The notes beneath the pieces were generated by a model. That model made no database searches. It saw only the letters and a program-made list of their open reading frames with translations, and was not told where the DNA came from. The position numbers were made by a program, and so were the translations under genes. This document shows positions 39,003 to 53,200 of a stretch of 64,000 nt of DNA, piece by piece. The stretch spans positions 52,236,430 through 52,300,429 of the forward strand of contig NC_090399.1 in NCBI RefSeq assembly GCF_036365525.1, read 5' to 3'. This DNA is from Heterodontus francisci (taxonomy: Eukaryota). Each line of letters starts with the position of its first letter. Positions within the stretch are counted from its first letter, which is position 1.

Positions 39003-42000
39003 GGGAGGTGGTGGTGTAGTGGTATTGTCACCGGACTAGTAGCTTAGAGACCCAAGGTATTGCTCTGACGACGTGGGGTCAAATCCAACCATGTCAAAAG
39101 GTAGAATTTAAATTCAATTAATAAAAATAATTGGAATTATAAAGTTAGTCTAATGATGGCCATTGTTGCTTTTTGTAAAAACCCATCTGGTTCACAAATG
39201 TCATTTAGAGAAGGAAATCTGCTCTCCTTACCTGGTCTGACCTACAAGTGACTCCAGACCCACAGCAATGTAGTTGACTCATAAATGCCCTCTGAAATTG
39301 CCTAGCAAGCCAATCAATTGTATTTGACTGCTACAAGATCAATAAGGAATGCAACTGGACAGAACACCCGACATCCACACCCGAAATGACAACAACAAAC
39401 CCAGCCCTATTGACCATCCAAAGTTCTCCTTACTAACATCTGGGTGCTTGTGCCAAAGTTGGGAGAGCTGTCCCACAGAAAAGTCAAGCAACAGCCTGAC
39501 ACAGTCATACTCACCAAATCATACTTTACAGGTAATGTCCCAGACACCACCATCACCATCCCTGGGTATGCCCTATCTCCCCAGCAGGACAGACCCCGCA
39601 AAGGTGGTGGCACAGTGGTCTGCAGTAGGGAGAGAGTTGCCCTAACAGTCCTCAACATAGACTCCAGGTCCATGAAGTCTGATGGCATCAGGTCGAACAT
39701 GGGCAAGAAAACTTTCTGCTGATTACCACCTACTGCCCTCCCTCAGCTGATAAATCAGTACTCCTCCATGTTGAACACCACTTGGAGGAAGCACTGAGGG
39801 TGGCAAGGGTGCAGGATGTACTCTGGGTGGGGGACTTCAATATCCATCACCAGGAGTGGCTCGAAAGTACCACTACTGACCGAGCTGGCCAAATCCTAAA
39901 GGACATAGGTGGTGAGGGAACCAACAAGAGGGAAAAATATACTTGACCTCATCCTCACCAATCTGCCTGCCGCAGATGCATCTGTCCATGACAGTATTGG
40001 TATGTGTGACCACCACACAGTCCTTGATGAAGACCCCCATCTTCACATTGAGGATAACGTCCATCGTGTGTGTGGTACTAACACCGTGCTAAATGGGATA
40101 GATTTTGAACTGATATAGCAGCTAAAAACTGGGCATCCATGAGGCACTGTGGGCCAACAGCAGCAGCAGCAGAATTGAACTCAACCACAATCTGTAAATT
40201 CATAGCTCGGCATATTCCCCACTCTACCATTACCATCAAACTGGGAGGTTAACCCTGTATCAGTGAAGAGTGCAGGAGGGCATGCCAGGAGCAGCACCAG
40301 GCATAGCTCAAAATGAGATGTCAACCTGGTGAAGCTACAACACAGGACTATCTGCGTGCCAAACTGTGTAAGCAGCATGCGATAGACAGAGCTAAGCGAT
40401 CCCATAACCAACGGATCAGATCTAAGCTCTGCAGGTGGACAATTAAACAACTAGCTGGAGCAGGTGGCTCCACAAATATCCCCATCCTCAATGATGGGGG
40501 AGCCCAGCACATCAGTGCGAAAGATAAGGCTGAAGCATTTGCAACAATCATAAGTCAGAAGTGCCGAGTTGATGATCAATTGCAGCCTCCTCCCGAAGTC
40601 CCCAGCATCATAGATGCCAGTCTTCAGCAATTCAATTCACTCCGTGTGATATCAAAAAATGACTGAAGGCACTGGATACAGAAAAAGCGATGGGCCTTTA
40701 CAATATTCCGGCAATAGCACTGAAGACCTGTGCTCCAGAACTTGCCGGGCCCCTAGCCAAGCTGTTGCAGTTCGGCTACAACACTGACATCTACCCAGCA
40801 ATGTGGAAAATTGCCCATGCATGTCCTGTACACAAAAAGCAGGACAAGTCAATTACCGCCCCATCACTCTGCTCTCAAACATCAGTAAAGTGATGGATGG
40901 TGTCTTCAGCAGTGCTATCAAGTAGCACGTACTTAGCAATAACCTGCTCACTGATGCTCAGTTTGGGTTCTGTCAGGGCCACTCAATTCCAGACCTCATT
41001 ACAGCCTTGGTTCAAACTTGACCAAAAAAGCTGAACTCAAGAGGTGAGGTGAGAGTGACTGCCCTTGACATCAAGGCAGCATTTGATCGAGTATGGCATC
41101 AAGGAGCCCTAGCAAAACTGGAGTCAATGGGAATCAGGGGAAAACTTTCTGCTGGTTGGAGTTGCACCTAGTGCAAAGGAAGAGGATTGTGGTTGTTGGA
41201 GGTCAATCACCTCAGCTCCCGGATATCACTGCAGGAGTTCCTCAGGGTAGTGTCCTAGGCCTAGCCATCTTCAGCTGCTTCATCAATGACCTTCCTTCAA
41301 TCATAAGGTCAGAAGTGGGGATGTTCGCTGATGATTGCACAATGTTGGTAGGTAAATTGCCCATTATAAATTGTCCCTAGTATAGGTAGGTGGTGGGGAA
41401 ATATAGGGACAGGTGGGGATGTGGTAGGAATATGGGATTAGTGTAGGATTAGTATAAATGGGTGGTTGATGGTCAGCACAGACTCGGTGGGCTGAAGGGC
41501 CTGTTTCAGTGCTGTATCTCTAAAACTAAAATTAAATTAAACTAACATTCATGACTCCTCAGATACTGAAGCAGTCCGTGTAGAAATGCAGCAAGACCTG
41601 GACAATATCCAGGCTTGGGCTGATAAGTGGCAAATAACATTGGTGCCACATAAGTGCCAGGCAATGACCATCTCCAACAAGAGAGAATCGAGCCATCTCC
41701 CCTTGACATTCAATGGCATGATCATCGCTGAATCCCCCACTATCAACATTCTGGGGATTACCATTGACCGGAATCTGAACTGGAGTAGCCATATACACAC
41801 TGTGGCTACAAGAGCAGGTCAGAGGCTAGGAATCCTGCGGCAAGTAACTCACCTCCTGATTCCCCAAAGCCAGTCCACCATTTACAAGGCACATATCAGG
41901 AGTGTGATGGAATACTCTCCACTTGCCTGGATGGCTGGATCTCCAACAACACTCAAGAAGCTCGACACCATCCAGAACAAAGCAACCCGCTTGATTGGCA

Positions 42001-42015
42001 CCCCATCGACAAACA
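39003..42015 (+). mobile_element. Near full-length MEYSPLAWM-family LINE with tRNA-like 5' head
   Basis: A/B-box-like head at 39012-39086, APE (KQQPDTVILTKSY, GDFN), RT (DIKAAFD, AGVPQGSVLG, MFADDCT), SVMEYSPLAWM; 3' end cut by a Penelope insertion. Confidence 0.85.
41345..41545 (+). mobile_element. 3' half of an HE1-like SINE inserted in the LINE RT
   Basis: Reverse complement similarity to 795-945. Confidence 0.8.
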
Positions 42016-42860
42016 CGGCACCTTCCCCTTCAATCGCAGGAAGTGTAATACCTGCCCATTTACCTCCTCTCTCCTCACTATCCCAGGCCCCAAACACTCC
42101 TTTCAGGTGAAGCAGCGATTTACTTGTACTTCTTTCAATGTAGTATACTGTATTCGCTGCTCACAATGTGGTCTCCTCTACATTGGGGAGACCAAACGCA
42201 GACTGGCTGACTGTTTTGCGGAACATCTCCGCTCAGTCCGCAAGCAGGACCCCGAGCTTCCGGTTGCTTGCCATTTCAACACTCCCCCCTGCCCTCATGC
42301 TCACCTCTCTGTCCTGGGAAAACTGCAGTGTTCCAGTGAACATCAACGCAAGCTCGAGGAACAGCATCTCATTTTCCGATTGGGCATACTACAGCCTGAT
42401 GGACTGAACATTGAGTTCAATAATTTCAGAGCATGACGGGCCCCCCATTTTAATTTTTTTTTAATTTATTTTTTCTGTTTCTTTTTTTGTGTTAGTTTTA
42501 TTTTATTTCATCTTAGTTTGTTCAGTTTGCTTACCCACTTTACCCACAGCTTGTGGCTGTTCAATTTTCACTCTGTTAAAACCCTATCGGTACTAATGCT
42601 TTGTCTTTCAACGCACCATTAACATATTGTTTGCATTTGCTCCATGACTATCTGGTCAGCTATTCTGTGGCCTTGTCCTATCTGCACCTTCTCCTTTGTT
42701 ATCTCTTGCCCTACCCCCACTTTATTTGCTTGTAACCTTTCACATTTCTAATATTTGCCAGTTTTGATGAAGGGACACTGACCCGAAACGTTAACTCTGC
42801 TTCTCTCTCCACAGATGCTGCCAGACCTGCTGAGTATTTCCAGCATTTCTTGTTTTCATT
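42016..42860 (+). mobile_element. Penelope-like element 3' part: GIY-YIG endonuclease plus terminal repeat
   Basis: ORF 42107-42436 NVVYCIRCSQCGLLYIGETKRRL..EH..PVACHF..E..LI..L..LQPDGLN. Confidence 0.9.
42760..42796 (+). ncRNA. Minimal type I hammerhead ribozyme-like motif (variant core)
   Basis: AGTT-TTGATGA-A-GGGAC-ACT-GACCC-GAAA-CGTT-AACT in the Penelope terminal region. Confidence 0.5.
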
Positions 42861-42884
42861 CCTGCTCCTTATTCTTGTGTTCTG

Positions 42885-43260
42885 TCAGGTGGTAGGAGTT
42901 TAAGAGACAAAAAGCAAATTGTCTTAAAGTTACATCAACAATTTGCTCATCCCTCTTGTCATAGATTAAAAATCTTATTAAAAGATGCGGGGTGGCTGAT
43001 GATGAGTACAGAAAGCTTATATTGCAGAGATTAATGAAAACATTGATATATGCAAAAAGTATCAGAGGACACCATCATGGTCTGTTGTAGGTTTCCCATT
43101 AGCAAGAGACTTTAATGAAGTAGCGGCTAGGGATTTAAAAGGAGTGGGGCAAGTATAAAAGCATTTTCGTTTTGCACTTCATAGACATGGCAGCAAGATT
43201 CCGTCTTTCTACAGTGATACATAGTAAAGATAAAAGAGTGATTGTGCAGAAAGTCATGGA
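42885..43260 (+). mobile_element. Copia-like LTR retrotransposon integrase fragment
   Basis: LKLHQQFAHP..LLKDAG..ICKKYQRTP..VVGFPLARDFNEV..DL..LHFIDMAARF; cut off by the 32-bp satellite. Confidence 0.65.
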
Positions 43261-44290
43261 GGCATCCATCGCGGTGATGCCGGGCCGGCGCTGGGATGCA
43301 TCGCGGTGATGCCGGGCTGGCAGTGGCATCCATCGCTGCGACGCCGGGCCGACACTGGGATCCATCGCGGTGATGCGGGCCGGCGCTGGGATCCATCGCG
43401 GTGGTGCAGGGTCGGCGGTGGGATCCATCGCGATGATGCCAGGCCGGCGGAGGCATCCATCGCGGTGGTGCAGGGCCGATGGAGGCATCCATCGCGGTGA
43501 TGCCGGGCCGACACTGGGATCCATCGCGGTGATGCGGGCCGGCGCTGGGATCCATCGCGGTGGTGCAGGGTCGGCGGTGGGATCCATCGCGGTGATGCCA
43601 GGCCGGCGGAGGCATCCATCGCGGTGGTGCAAGGCCGGCGGTGGGATCCATCGCGGTGATGGCGGGCCGGCGCTGGGATCCATCGCGGTGATGCCAGGTC
43701 GGCGGAGGCATCCATCGCTGTGACGCCGGGCCGACACTGGGATCCATCGCGGTGATGCGGGCCAGCGCTGGGATCCATCGCGGTGGTGCAGGGTCGGCGG
43801 TGGGATCCATCGCGGTGATGCCAGGCTGGCGGAGGCATCCATCGCAGTGGTGCAGGGCCGGCGGTGGGATCCATCGCGGTGATGCCGGGCTGGCAGGGGC
43901 ATCCATCGCTGTGACGCTGGGCCGACGCTGGGAACCATCGCGGTGATGCGGGCCGGCGCTGGGATCCATTGCGGTGGTGCAGGGCCGGTGGTGGGATCCA
44001 TCACGATGTTTCCAGGCCGGCGGTGGGATCCATCGCGGTGATGCCGGGCCGGCGGTGGCATACATCGCGGTGATGCCAGGCCGGCGGTGGCATCCATCGT
44101 GGTGATGCTGGGCCGGCGGTTGCATCCATCGCGGTGATGCCAGGCCGGCGGTGGGATCCATCGCGAAGGTTGCGGGCCGGCGGTGGGATCCATCGCGGTG
44201 ATGCCGGGCCGGCGGTGGCATCCATCGTGGTGATGCCAGGCCGGCGGTGGCATCCATCGTGGTGATGCTGGGCCGGCGGTGGCATCCATC
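43261..44290. repeat. 32-bp satellite, GC-rich variant domain
   Basis: Unit GGATCCATCGCGGTGATGCCGGGCCGGCGGTG. Confidence 0.93.
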
Positions 44291-47200
44291 GCTGTGAGGC
44301 CGAGCCCGCGGTGAGATCTATTACTGTGATACCGAGCCCGCGGTGGGATCTATTGCTGTGATACAGAGCCCGCGGTGGGATCTATTAGTGTGCTACCGAG
44401 CCCGCGGTGGGATCTATTGCTGTGATACACAGCCCGCAGTGGGATCTATTAGTGTGATACCGAGCCTGCGGTGGGATCTATTAGTGTGACACCGAGCCCG
44501 CGGTGGGATCTATTGCTGTGATACAGAGCCCGCGGTGAGATCTATTGCTGTGATACCAGGCCCGCGGTGGGATCTATTGCTGTGATACAAAGCCCGCTGT
44601 GGGATCTATTGCTGTGATACAGAGCCCGAGGTGGGATCTATTACAGTGATAGTGAGCCCGCGGTAGGATCTATTAGTGTGATAATGAGCCCGCGGTGGGA
44701 TCTATTAATGTGATACCGTGCCCGCGGTGAGATCTATTGCTGTGATACCGGGCCCGCGGTGGGATCTATTACAGTGATACTGGGCCCGCGGTGGGATCTA
44801 TTACTGTGATACTGAGCCCGCGGTTGGATCTATTAGTGTGATACTGAGCCCGCGGTGGGATCCATTACTGTGATACTGAGCCCGCGGTGGGATCTATTAC
44901 TGTGATACCGAGCCCGCGGTGGGATCTATTACGGTGATACCGGGCCCGCGGTGGGATCTATTACGGTGATACCGGGCCCGCGGTGGGATCTATTACTGTG
45001 ATACTGAGCCCGCGGTTGCATCTATTAGTGTGATACTGAGCCCGCGGTGGGATCTATTACTGTGATACCGACCCCGCGGTGGGTCTATTACTGTGATACT
45101 GAGCCCGCGGTTGGATCTATTACTGTGATACAGAGCCCGCGGTGGTATCTATTGCTGTGATACAGAGCCCGTGGTGTTATCTTTTGCTGTGATACCGAGC
45201 CCGCACTGGTATCTATTAGTGTGATACTGAGCCCGTGGTGGTATCTATTGCTGTGATACAGAGCCCGTGGTGTTATCTTTTGCTGTGATACCGAGCCCGC
45301 ACTGGTATCTATTGCTGTGATACCGAGCCCGCACTGGTATCTATTGCCTGTGATACCGAGCCCGCACTGGTATCTATTGCTGTGATACCGAGCCCGCACT
45401 GGTATCTATTACTGTGATACTGAGCCCGCAGTGGGATCTTTTGCTGTGATACCGAGCCCGTGGTGGTATCTGTTGCTGTGATGCTGAGCCCGCGGTGGGA
45501 TCTATTACTGTGATACTGAGCCCGCGGTGGGAACTATTACTGTGATACTGAGCCCGCACTGGTATCTGTTGCTGTGATACTGAGCCCGCGGTGGGATTTA
45601 TTACTGTGATACTGAGCCCGCACTGGTATCTATTGCTGTGATACTGAGCCCGCACTGGTATCTGTTGCTGTGATACTGAGCCCGCGGTGGGATCTATTGC
45701 TGTGATACTGAGCCAGCGGTGGGATCTATTACTGTGAGACTGAGCCCGCGGTGGGATCTATTGCTGTGATACTGAGCCCGCAGTGGGATTTATTACTGTG
45801 ATACTGAGCCCGCACTGGTATCTATTACTGTGATACTGAGCCCGCAGTGGGATTTATTACTGTGAAACTGAGCCCGCACTGGTATCTGTTGCTGTGATAC
45901 TGAGCCCGCAGTGGGATCTATTGCTGTGATACTGAGCCAGCGGTGGGATCTATTACTGTGAGACTGAGCCCGCGGTGGGATCTATTGCTGTGATACTGAG
46001 CCCGCAGTGGGATTTATTACTGTGATACTGAGCCCGCACTGGTATCTATTACTGTGATACTGAGCCCGCGGTGGGATCTATTGCTGTGATACTGAGCCCG
46101 CGGTGGAATCCAATATTGTGATACTGAGCCCGCACTGGTATCTATTAGTGTGATACTGAGCCTGCAATGGGATCTATTGCTGTGATACCGAGCCCGCACT
46201 GGTATCTATTGCTGTGATACTGAGCCCGCACTGGTATCTATTGCTGTGATACTGAGCCCGCACTGGTATCTATTGCTGTGATACTGAGCCCGCGGTGGGA
46301 TCTATTGCTGTGATACTGAGCCCGCGGTGGAATCCAATATTGTGATACTGAGCCCGCACTGGTATCTATTAGTGTGATACTGAGCCTGCAATGGGATCTA
46401 TTGCTGTGATACCGAGCCCGCACTGGTATCTATTGCTGTGATACTGAGCCCGCGGTGGAATCTATTGCTGTGATACAGAGCCCTGGTGGTATCTATTGCT
46501 GTGAAACAGAGCCCGTGGTGTTATCTTTTGCTGTGATACCGAGCCCGCACTGGTATCTATTGCCTGTGATACCGAGCCCGCACTGGTATCTATTGCTGTG
46601 ATACCGAGCCCGCACTGGTATCTATTACTGTGATACTGAGCCCGCAGTGGGATCTTTTGCTGTGATACCGAGCCCGCGGTGGGATCTATTACTGTGATAC
46701 TGAGCCCGCAGTGGGATCTATTGCTTTGATACTGAGCCCGCGGTGGTATCTATTGCTGTGATACTGAGCCCGCACTGGTATCTATTACTGTGATACTGAG
46801 CCCGCAGTGGGATCTATTGCTGTGATACTGAGCCTGCAGTGGGATCTATTGCTGTGATACTGAGCCCGCAGTGGGATCTATTGCTGTGATACTGAGCCCG
46901 CACTGGTATCTATTACTGTGATACTGAGCCCGCAATGGTATCTATTGCTGTGATACCGAGCCCGCAGTGGGATCTATTGCTGTGATACTGAGCCCGCACT
47001 GTTATCTATTACTGTGATACTGAGCCCGCACTGGTATCTATTACTGTGATACTGAGCCCGCAGTGGGATCTATTACTGTGATACTGAGCCCGCAATGGGA
47101 TATATTGCTGTGATACCGAGCCCGCAGTGGGATCTATTGCTGTGATACTGAGCCCGCAATGGGATCTATTGCTGTGATACTGAGCCCGCGGTGGGATCTA

Positions 47201-50200
47201 TTGCTGTGATACTGAGCCCGCACTGTTATCTATTACTGTGATACTGAGCCCGCACTGTTATCTATTACTGTGATACTGAGCCCGCAGTGGGATCTATTAC
47301 TGTGATACTGAGCCCGCAATGGGATCTATTGCTGTGATACCGAGCCTGCAGTGGGATCTATTTCTGTGATACTGAGCCCGCAATGGGATCTATTACTGTG
47401 ATACTGAGCCCGCACTGGTATCTATTGCTGTGATACTGAGCCCGCGGTGGGATCTATTACTGTGATACTGAGCCCGCGGTGGGATCTATTGCCGTGATAC
47501 CGAGCCCGCGGTGGGATCTATTGCTGTGATACCGAGCCTGCAGTGGGATCTATTACTGTGATACTGAGCCCGCAATGGGATATATTGCTGTGATACCGAG
47601 CCCGCAGTGGGATCTATTGCTGTGATACTGAGCCCGCAATGGGATCTATTGCTGTGATACCGAGCCTGCAGTGGGATCTATTTCTGTGATACTGAGCCCG
47701 CAATGGGATCTATTACTGTGATACTGAGCCCGCACTGGTATCTATTGCTGTGATACTGAGCCCGCGGTGGGATCTATTACTGTGATACTGAGCCCGCGGT
47801 GGGATCTATTGCCGTGATACCGAGCCCGCGGTGGGATCTATTGCTGTGATACTGAGCCTGTGGTGGGATCTATTGCTGTGATACCGAGCCCGCGGTGGGA
47901 TCTATTGCTGTGATACTGAGCCCACACTGGTATCTATTACTGTGATACTGAGCCCGCACTGGTATCTATTACTGTGATACTGAGCCCGCAGTGGGATCTA
48001 TTGCTGTGATACTGAGCCCGTGGTGGGATCTATTGCTGTGATACTGAGCCCGCACTGGTATCTAATACTGTGATACTGAGCCCGCGGTGGGATCTATTGC
48101 TGTGATACTGAGCCCGCGGTGGGATCTATTGATGTGATACCGTGCCCGCGGTGGTATCTATTGCTGTGATACTGAGCCCGCGGTGGGATCTATTGATGTG
48201 ATACTGAGCCCGTGTTGGATCTATTGCTGTGATACTGATCCCGTGGTGGTATCTATTGCTGTGATACCGAGCCCGTGGTGGAATCTATACTGTGATACTG
48301 AGCCCGCGGTGGGATCTATTGCTGTGATACCGAGCCCGTGGTGGAATCTATTACTGTGATACCGAGCCCGCGGTGGAATCTATTACTGTGATACTGAGCC
48401 CGTGGTGGAATCTATTACTGTGATACCGAGCCCGCGGTGGGATCTATTGCTGTGATACCGAGCCCGCGGTGGGATCTATTACTGTGATACGGAGCCCGTG
48501 GTGGAATCTATTACTGTGATACCGAGCCCGCGGTGGGATCTATTACTGTGATACTGAGCCCGCGGTGGAATCTATTACTGTGATACTGAGCCCGTGGTGG
48601 AATCTATTACTGTGATACCGAGCCCGCGGTGGGATCTATTGCTGTGATACTGAGCCCGCGGTGGGATGTATTGCTGTGATGCTGAGCCCGCGGTGGGATC
48701 TATTACTGTGATACCGAGCCTGCGGTGGGATCTATTGCTGTGATACTGAGCCCGCGGTGGGATTTATTACTGTGATACTGAGCCCGCACTGGTATCTATT
48801 GCTGTGATACTGAGCCCGCACTGGTATCTGTTGCTGTGATACTGAGCCCGCGGTGGGATCTATTGCTGTGATACTGAGCCCGCAGTGGGATCTATTGCTC
48901 TGATACCGAGCCCGTGGTGGAATCTATTACTGTGATACTGAGCCCGCGGTGGGATCTATTGCTGTGATACTGAGCCCGCACTGGTATCTATTGCTGTGAT
49001 ACTGAGCCCGCGGTGGGATCTATTACTGTGATACTGAGCCCGCACTGGTATCTAATACTGTGATACTGAGCCCGCGGTGGGATCTATTGCTGTGATACTG
49101 AGCCCGCGGTGGGATCTATTGATGTGATACCGTGCCCGCGGTGGTATCTATTGCTGTGATACTGAGCCCGCGGTGGGATCTATTGATGTGATACTGAGCC
49201 CGTGTTGGATCTATTGCTGTGATACTGATCCCGTGGTGGTATCTATTGCTGTGATACCGAGCCCGTGGTGGAATCTATACTGTGATACTGAGCCCGCGGT
49301 GGGATCTATTGCTGTGATACCGAGCCCGTGGTGGAATCTATTACTGTGATACCGAGCCCGCGGTGGAATCTATTACTGTGATACTGAGCCCGTGGTGGAA
49401 TCTATTACTGTGATACCGAGCCCGCGGTGGGATCTATTGCTGTGATACCGAGCCCGCGGTGGGATCTATTACTGTGATACGGAGCCCGTGGTGGAATCTA
49501 TTACTGTGATACCGAGCCCGCGGTGGGATTTATTACTGTGATACTGAGCCCGCACTGGTATCTATTTCTGTGATACTGAGCCCGCACTGGTATCTATTAC
49601 TGTGATACTGAGCCCGCACTGGTATCTATTGCTGTGATACCGAGCCCGCAGTGGGATCTATTGCTGTGATACTGAGCCCGCGGTGGAATCCAATATTGTG
49701 ATACCGAGCCCGCAGTGGGATCTATTACTGTGATACTGAGCCTGCAATGGGATCTATTGCTGTGATACCGAGCCCGCACTGGTATCTATTGCTGTGATAC
49801 TGAGCCCGCGGTGGAATCTATTGCTGTGATACAGAGCCCGTGGTGGTATCTATTGCTGTGATACAGAGCCCGTGGTGTTATCCTTTGCTGTGATACCGAG
49901 CCCGCACTGGTATCTATTGCCTGTGATACCGAGCCCGCACTGGTATCTATTGCTGTGATACCGAGCCCGCACTGGTATCTATTACTGTGATACTGAGCCC
50001 GCAGTGGGATCTATTGCTTTGATACTGAGCCCGCGGTGGTATCTATTGCTGTGATACTGAGCCCGCACTGGTATCTATTACTGTGATACTGAGCCCGCAA
50101 TGGGATCTATTGCTGTGATACCGAGCCCGCAGTGGGATCTATTGCTGTGATACTGAGCCCGCACTGTTATCTATTACTGTGATACTGAGCCCGCACTGGT

Positions 50201-53200
50201 ATCTATTACTGTGATACTGAGCCCGCAGTGGGATCTATTACTGTGATACTGAGCCCGCAATGGGATCTATTGCTGTGATACCGAGCCCGTGGTGGGATCT
50301 ATTACTGTGATACTCTGCCCGCGGTGGGATCTATTGCTGTGATACCGAGCCCGTGGTGGGATCTATTACTGTGATACCGAGCCCGTGGTGGGATCTATTG
50401 CTGTGATACTGGGCCCGCGGTGGGATCTATTACTGTGATACTGAGCCCGCGGTGGAATCCAATATTGTGATACTGAGCCCGCACTGGTATCTATTAGTGT
50501 GATACTGAGCCTGCAATGGGATCTATTGCTGTGATACCGAGCCCGCACTGGTATCTATTGCTGTGATACTGAGCCCGCGGTGGAATCTATTGCTGTGATA
50601 CAGAGCCCTGGTGGTATCTATTGCTGTGAAACAGAGCCCGTGGTGTTATCTTTTGCTGTGATACCGAGCCCGCACTGGTATCTATTGCCTGTGATACCGA
50701 GCCCGCACTGGTATCTATTGCTGTGATACCGAGCCCGCACTGGTATCTATTACTGTGATACTGAGCCCGCAGTGGGATCTTTTGCTGTGATACCGAGCCC
50801 GCGGTGGGATCTATTACTGTGATACTGAGCCCGCAGTGGGATCTATTGCTTTGATACTGAGCCCGCGGTGGTATCTATTGCTGTGATACTGAGCCCGCAC
50901 TGGTATCTATTACTGTGATACTGAGCCCGCAGTGGGATCTATTGCTGTGATACTGAGCCTGCAGTGGGATCTATTGCTGTGATACTGAGCCCGCAGTGGG
51001 ATCTATTGCTGTGATACTGAGCCCGCACTGGTATCTATTACTGTGATACTGAGCCCGCAATGGTATCTATTGCTGTGATACCGAGCCCGCAGTGGGATCT
51101 ATTGCTGTGATACTGAGCCCGCACTGTTATCTATTACTGTGATACTGAGCCCGCACTGGTATCTATTACTGTGATACTGAGCCCGCAGTGGGATCTATTA
51201 CTGTGATACTGAGCCCGCAATGGGATATATTGCTGTGATACCGAGCCCGCAGTGGGATCTATTGCTGTGATACTGAGCCCGCAATGGGATCTATTGCTGT
51301 GATACTGAGCCCGCGGTGGGATCTATTGCTGTGATACTGAGCCCGCACTGTTATCTATTACTGTGATACTGAGCCCGCACTGTTATCTATTACTGTGATA
51401 CTGAGCCCGCAGTGGGATCTATTACTGTGATACTGAGCCCGCAATGGGATCTATTGCTGTGATACCGAGCCTGCAGTGGGATCTATTTCTGTGATACTGA
51501 GCCCGCAATGGGATCTATTACTGTGATACTGAGCCCGCACTGGTATCTATTGCTGTGATACTGAGCCCGCGGTGGGATCTATTACTGTGATACTGAGCCC
51601 GCGGTGGGATCTATTGCCGTGATACCGAGCCCGCGGTGGGATCTATTGCTGTGATACCGAGCCTGCAGTGGGATCTATTACTGTGATACTGAGCCCGCAA
51701 TGGGATATATTGCTGTGATACCGAGCCCGCAGTGGGATCTATTGCTGTGATACTGAGCCCGCAATGGGATCTATTGCTGTGATACCGAGCCTGCAGTGGG
51801 ATCTATTTCTGTGATACTGAGCCCGCAATGGGATCTATTACTGTGATACTGAGCCCGCACTGGTATCTATTGCTGTGATACTGAGCCCGCGGTGGGATCT
51901 ATTACTGTGATACTGAGCCCGCGGTGGGATCTATTGCCGTGATACCGAGCCCGCGGTGGGATCTATTGCTGTGATACTGAGCCTGTGGTGGGATCTATTG
52001 CTGTGATACCGAGCCCGCGGTGGGATCTATTGCTGTGATACTGAGCCCACACTGGTATCTATTACTGTGATACTGAGCCCGCACTGGTATCTATTACTGT
52101 GATACTGAGCCCGCAGTGGGATCTATTGCTGTGATACTGAGCCCGTGGTGGGATCTATTGCTGTGATACTGAGCCCGCACTGGTATCTAATACTGTGATA
52201 CTGAGCCCGCGGTGGGATCTATTGCTGTGATACTGAGCCCGCGGTGGGATCTATTGATGTGATACCGTGCCCGCGGTGGTATCTATTGCTGTGATACTGA
52301 GCCCGCGGTGGGATCTATTGATGTGATACTGAGCCCGTGTTGGATCTATTGCTGTGATACTGATCCCGTGGTGGTATCTATTGCTGTGATACCGAGCCCG
52401 TGGTGGAATCTATACTGTGATACTGAGCCCGCGGTGGGATCTATTGCTTTGATACCGAGCCCGTGGTGGAATCTATTACTGTGATACCGAGCCCGCGGTG
52501 GAATCTATTACTGTGATACTGAGCCCGTGGTGGAATCTATTACTGTGATACCGAGCCCGCGGTGGGATCTATTGCTGTGATACCGAGCCCGCGGTGGGAT
52601 CTATTACTGTGATACGGAGCCCGTGGTGGAATCTATTACTGTGATACCGAGCCCGCGGTGGGATCTATTACTGTGATACTGAGCCCGCGGTGGAATCTAT
52701 TACTGTGATACTGAGCCCGTGGTGGAATCTATTACTGTGATACCGAGCCCGCGGTGGGATCTATTGCTGTGATACTGAGCCCGCGGTGGGATGTATTGCT
52801 GTGATGCTGAGCCCGCGGTGGGATCTATTACTGTGATACCGAGCCTGCGGTGGGATCTATTGCTGTGATACTGAGCCCGCGGTGGGATTTATTACTGTGA
52901 TACTGAGCCCGCACTGGTATCTATTGCTGTGATACTGAGCCCGCACTGGTATCTGTTGCTGTGATACTGAGCCCGCGGTGGGATCTATTGCTGTGATACT
53001 GAGCCCGCAGTGGGATCTATTGCTCTGATACCGAGCCCGTGGTGGAATCTATTACTGTGATACTGAGCCCGCGGTGGGATCTATTGCTGTGATACTGAGC
53101 CCGCACTGGTATCTATTGCTGTGATACTGAGCCCGCGGTGGGATCTATTACTGTGATACTGAGCCCGCACTGGTATCTAATACTGTGATACTGAGCCCGC

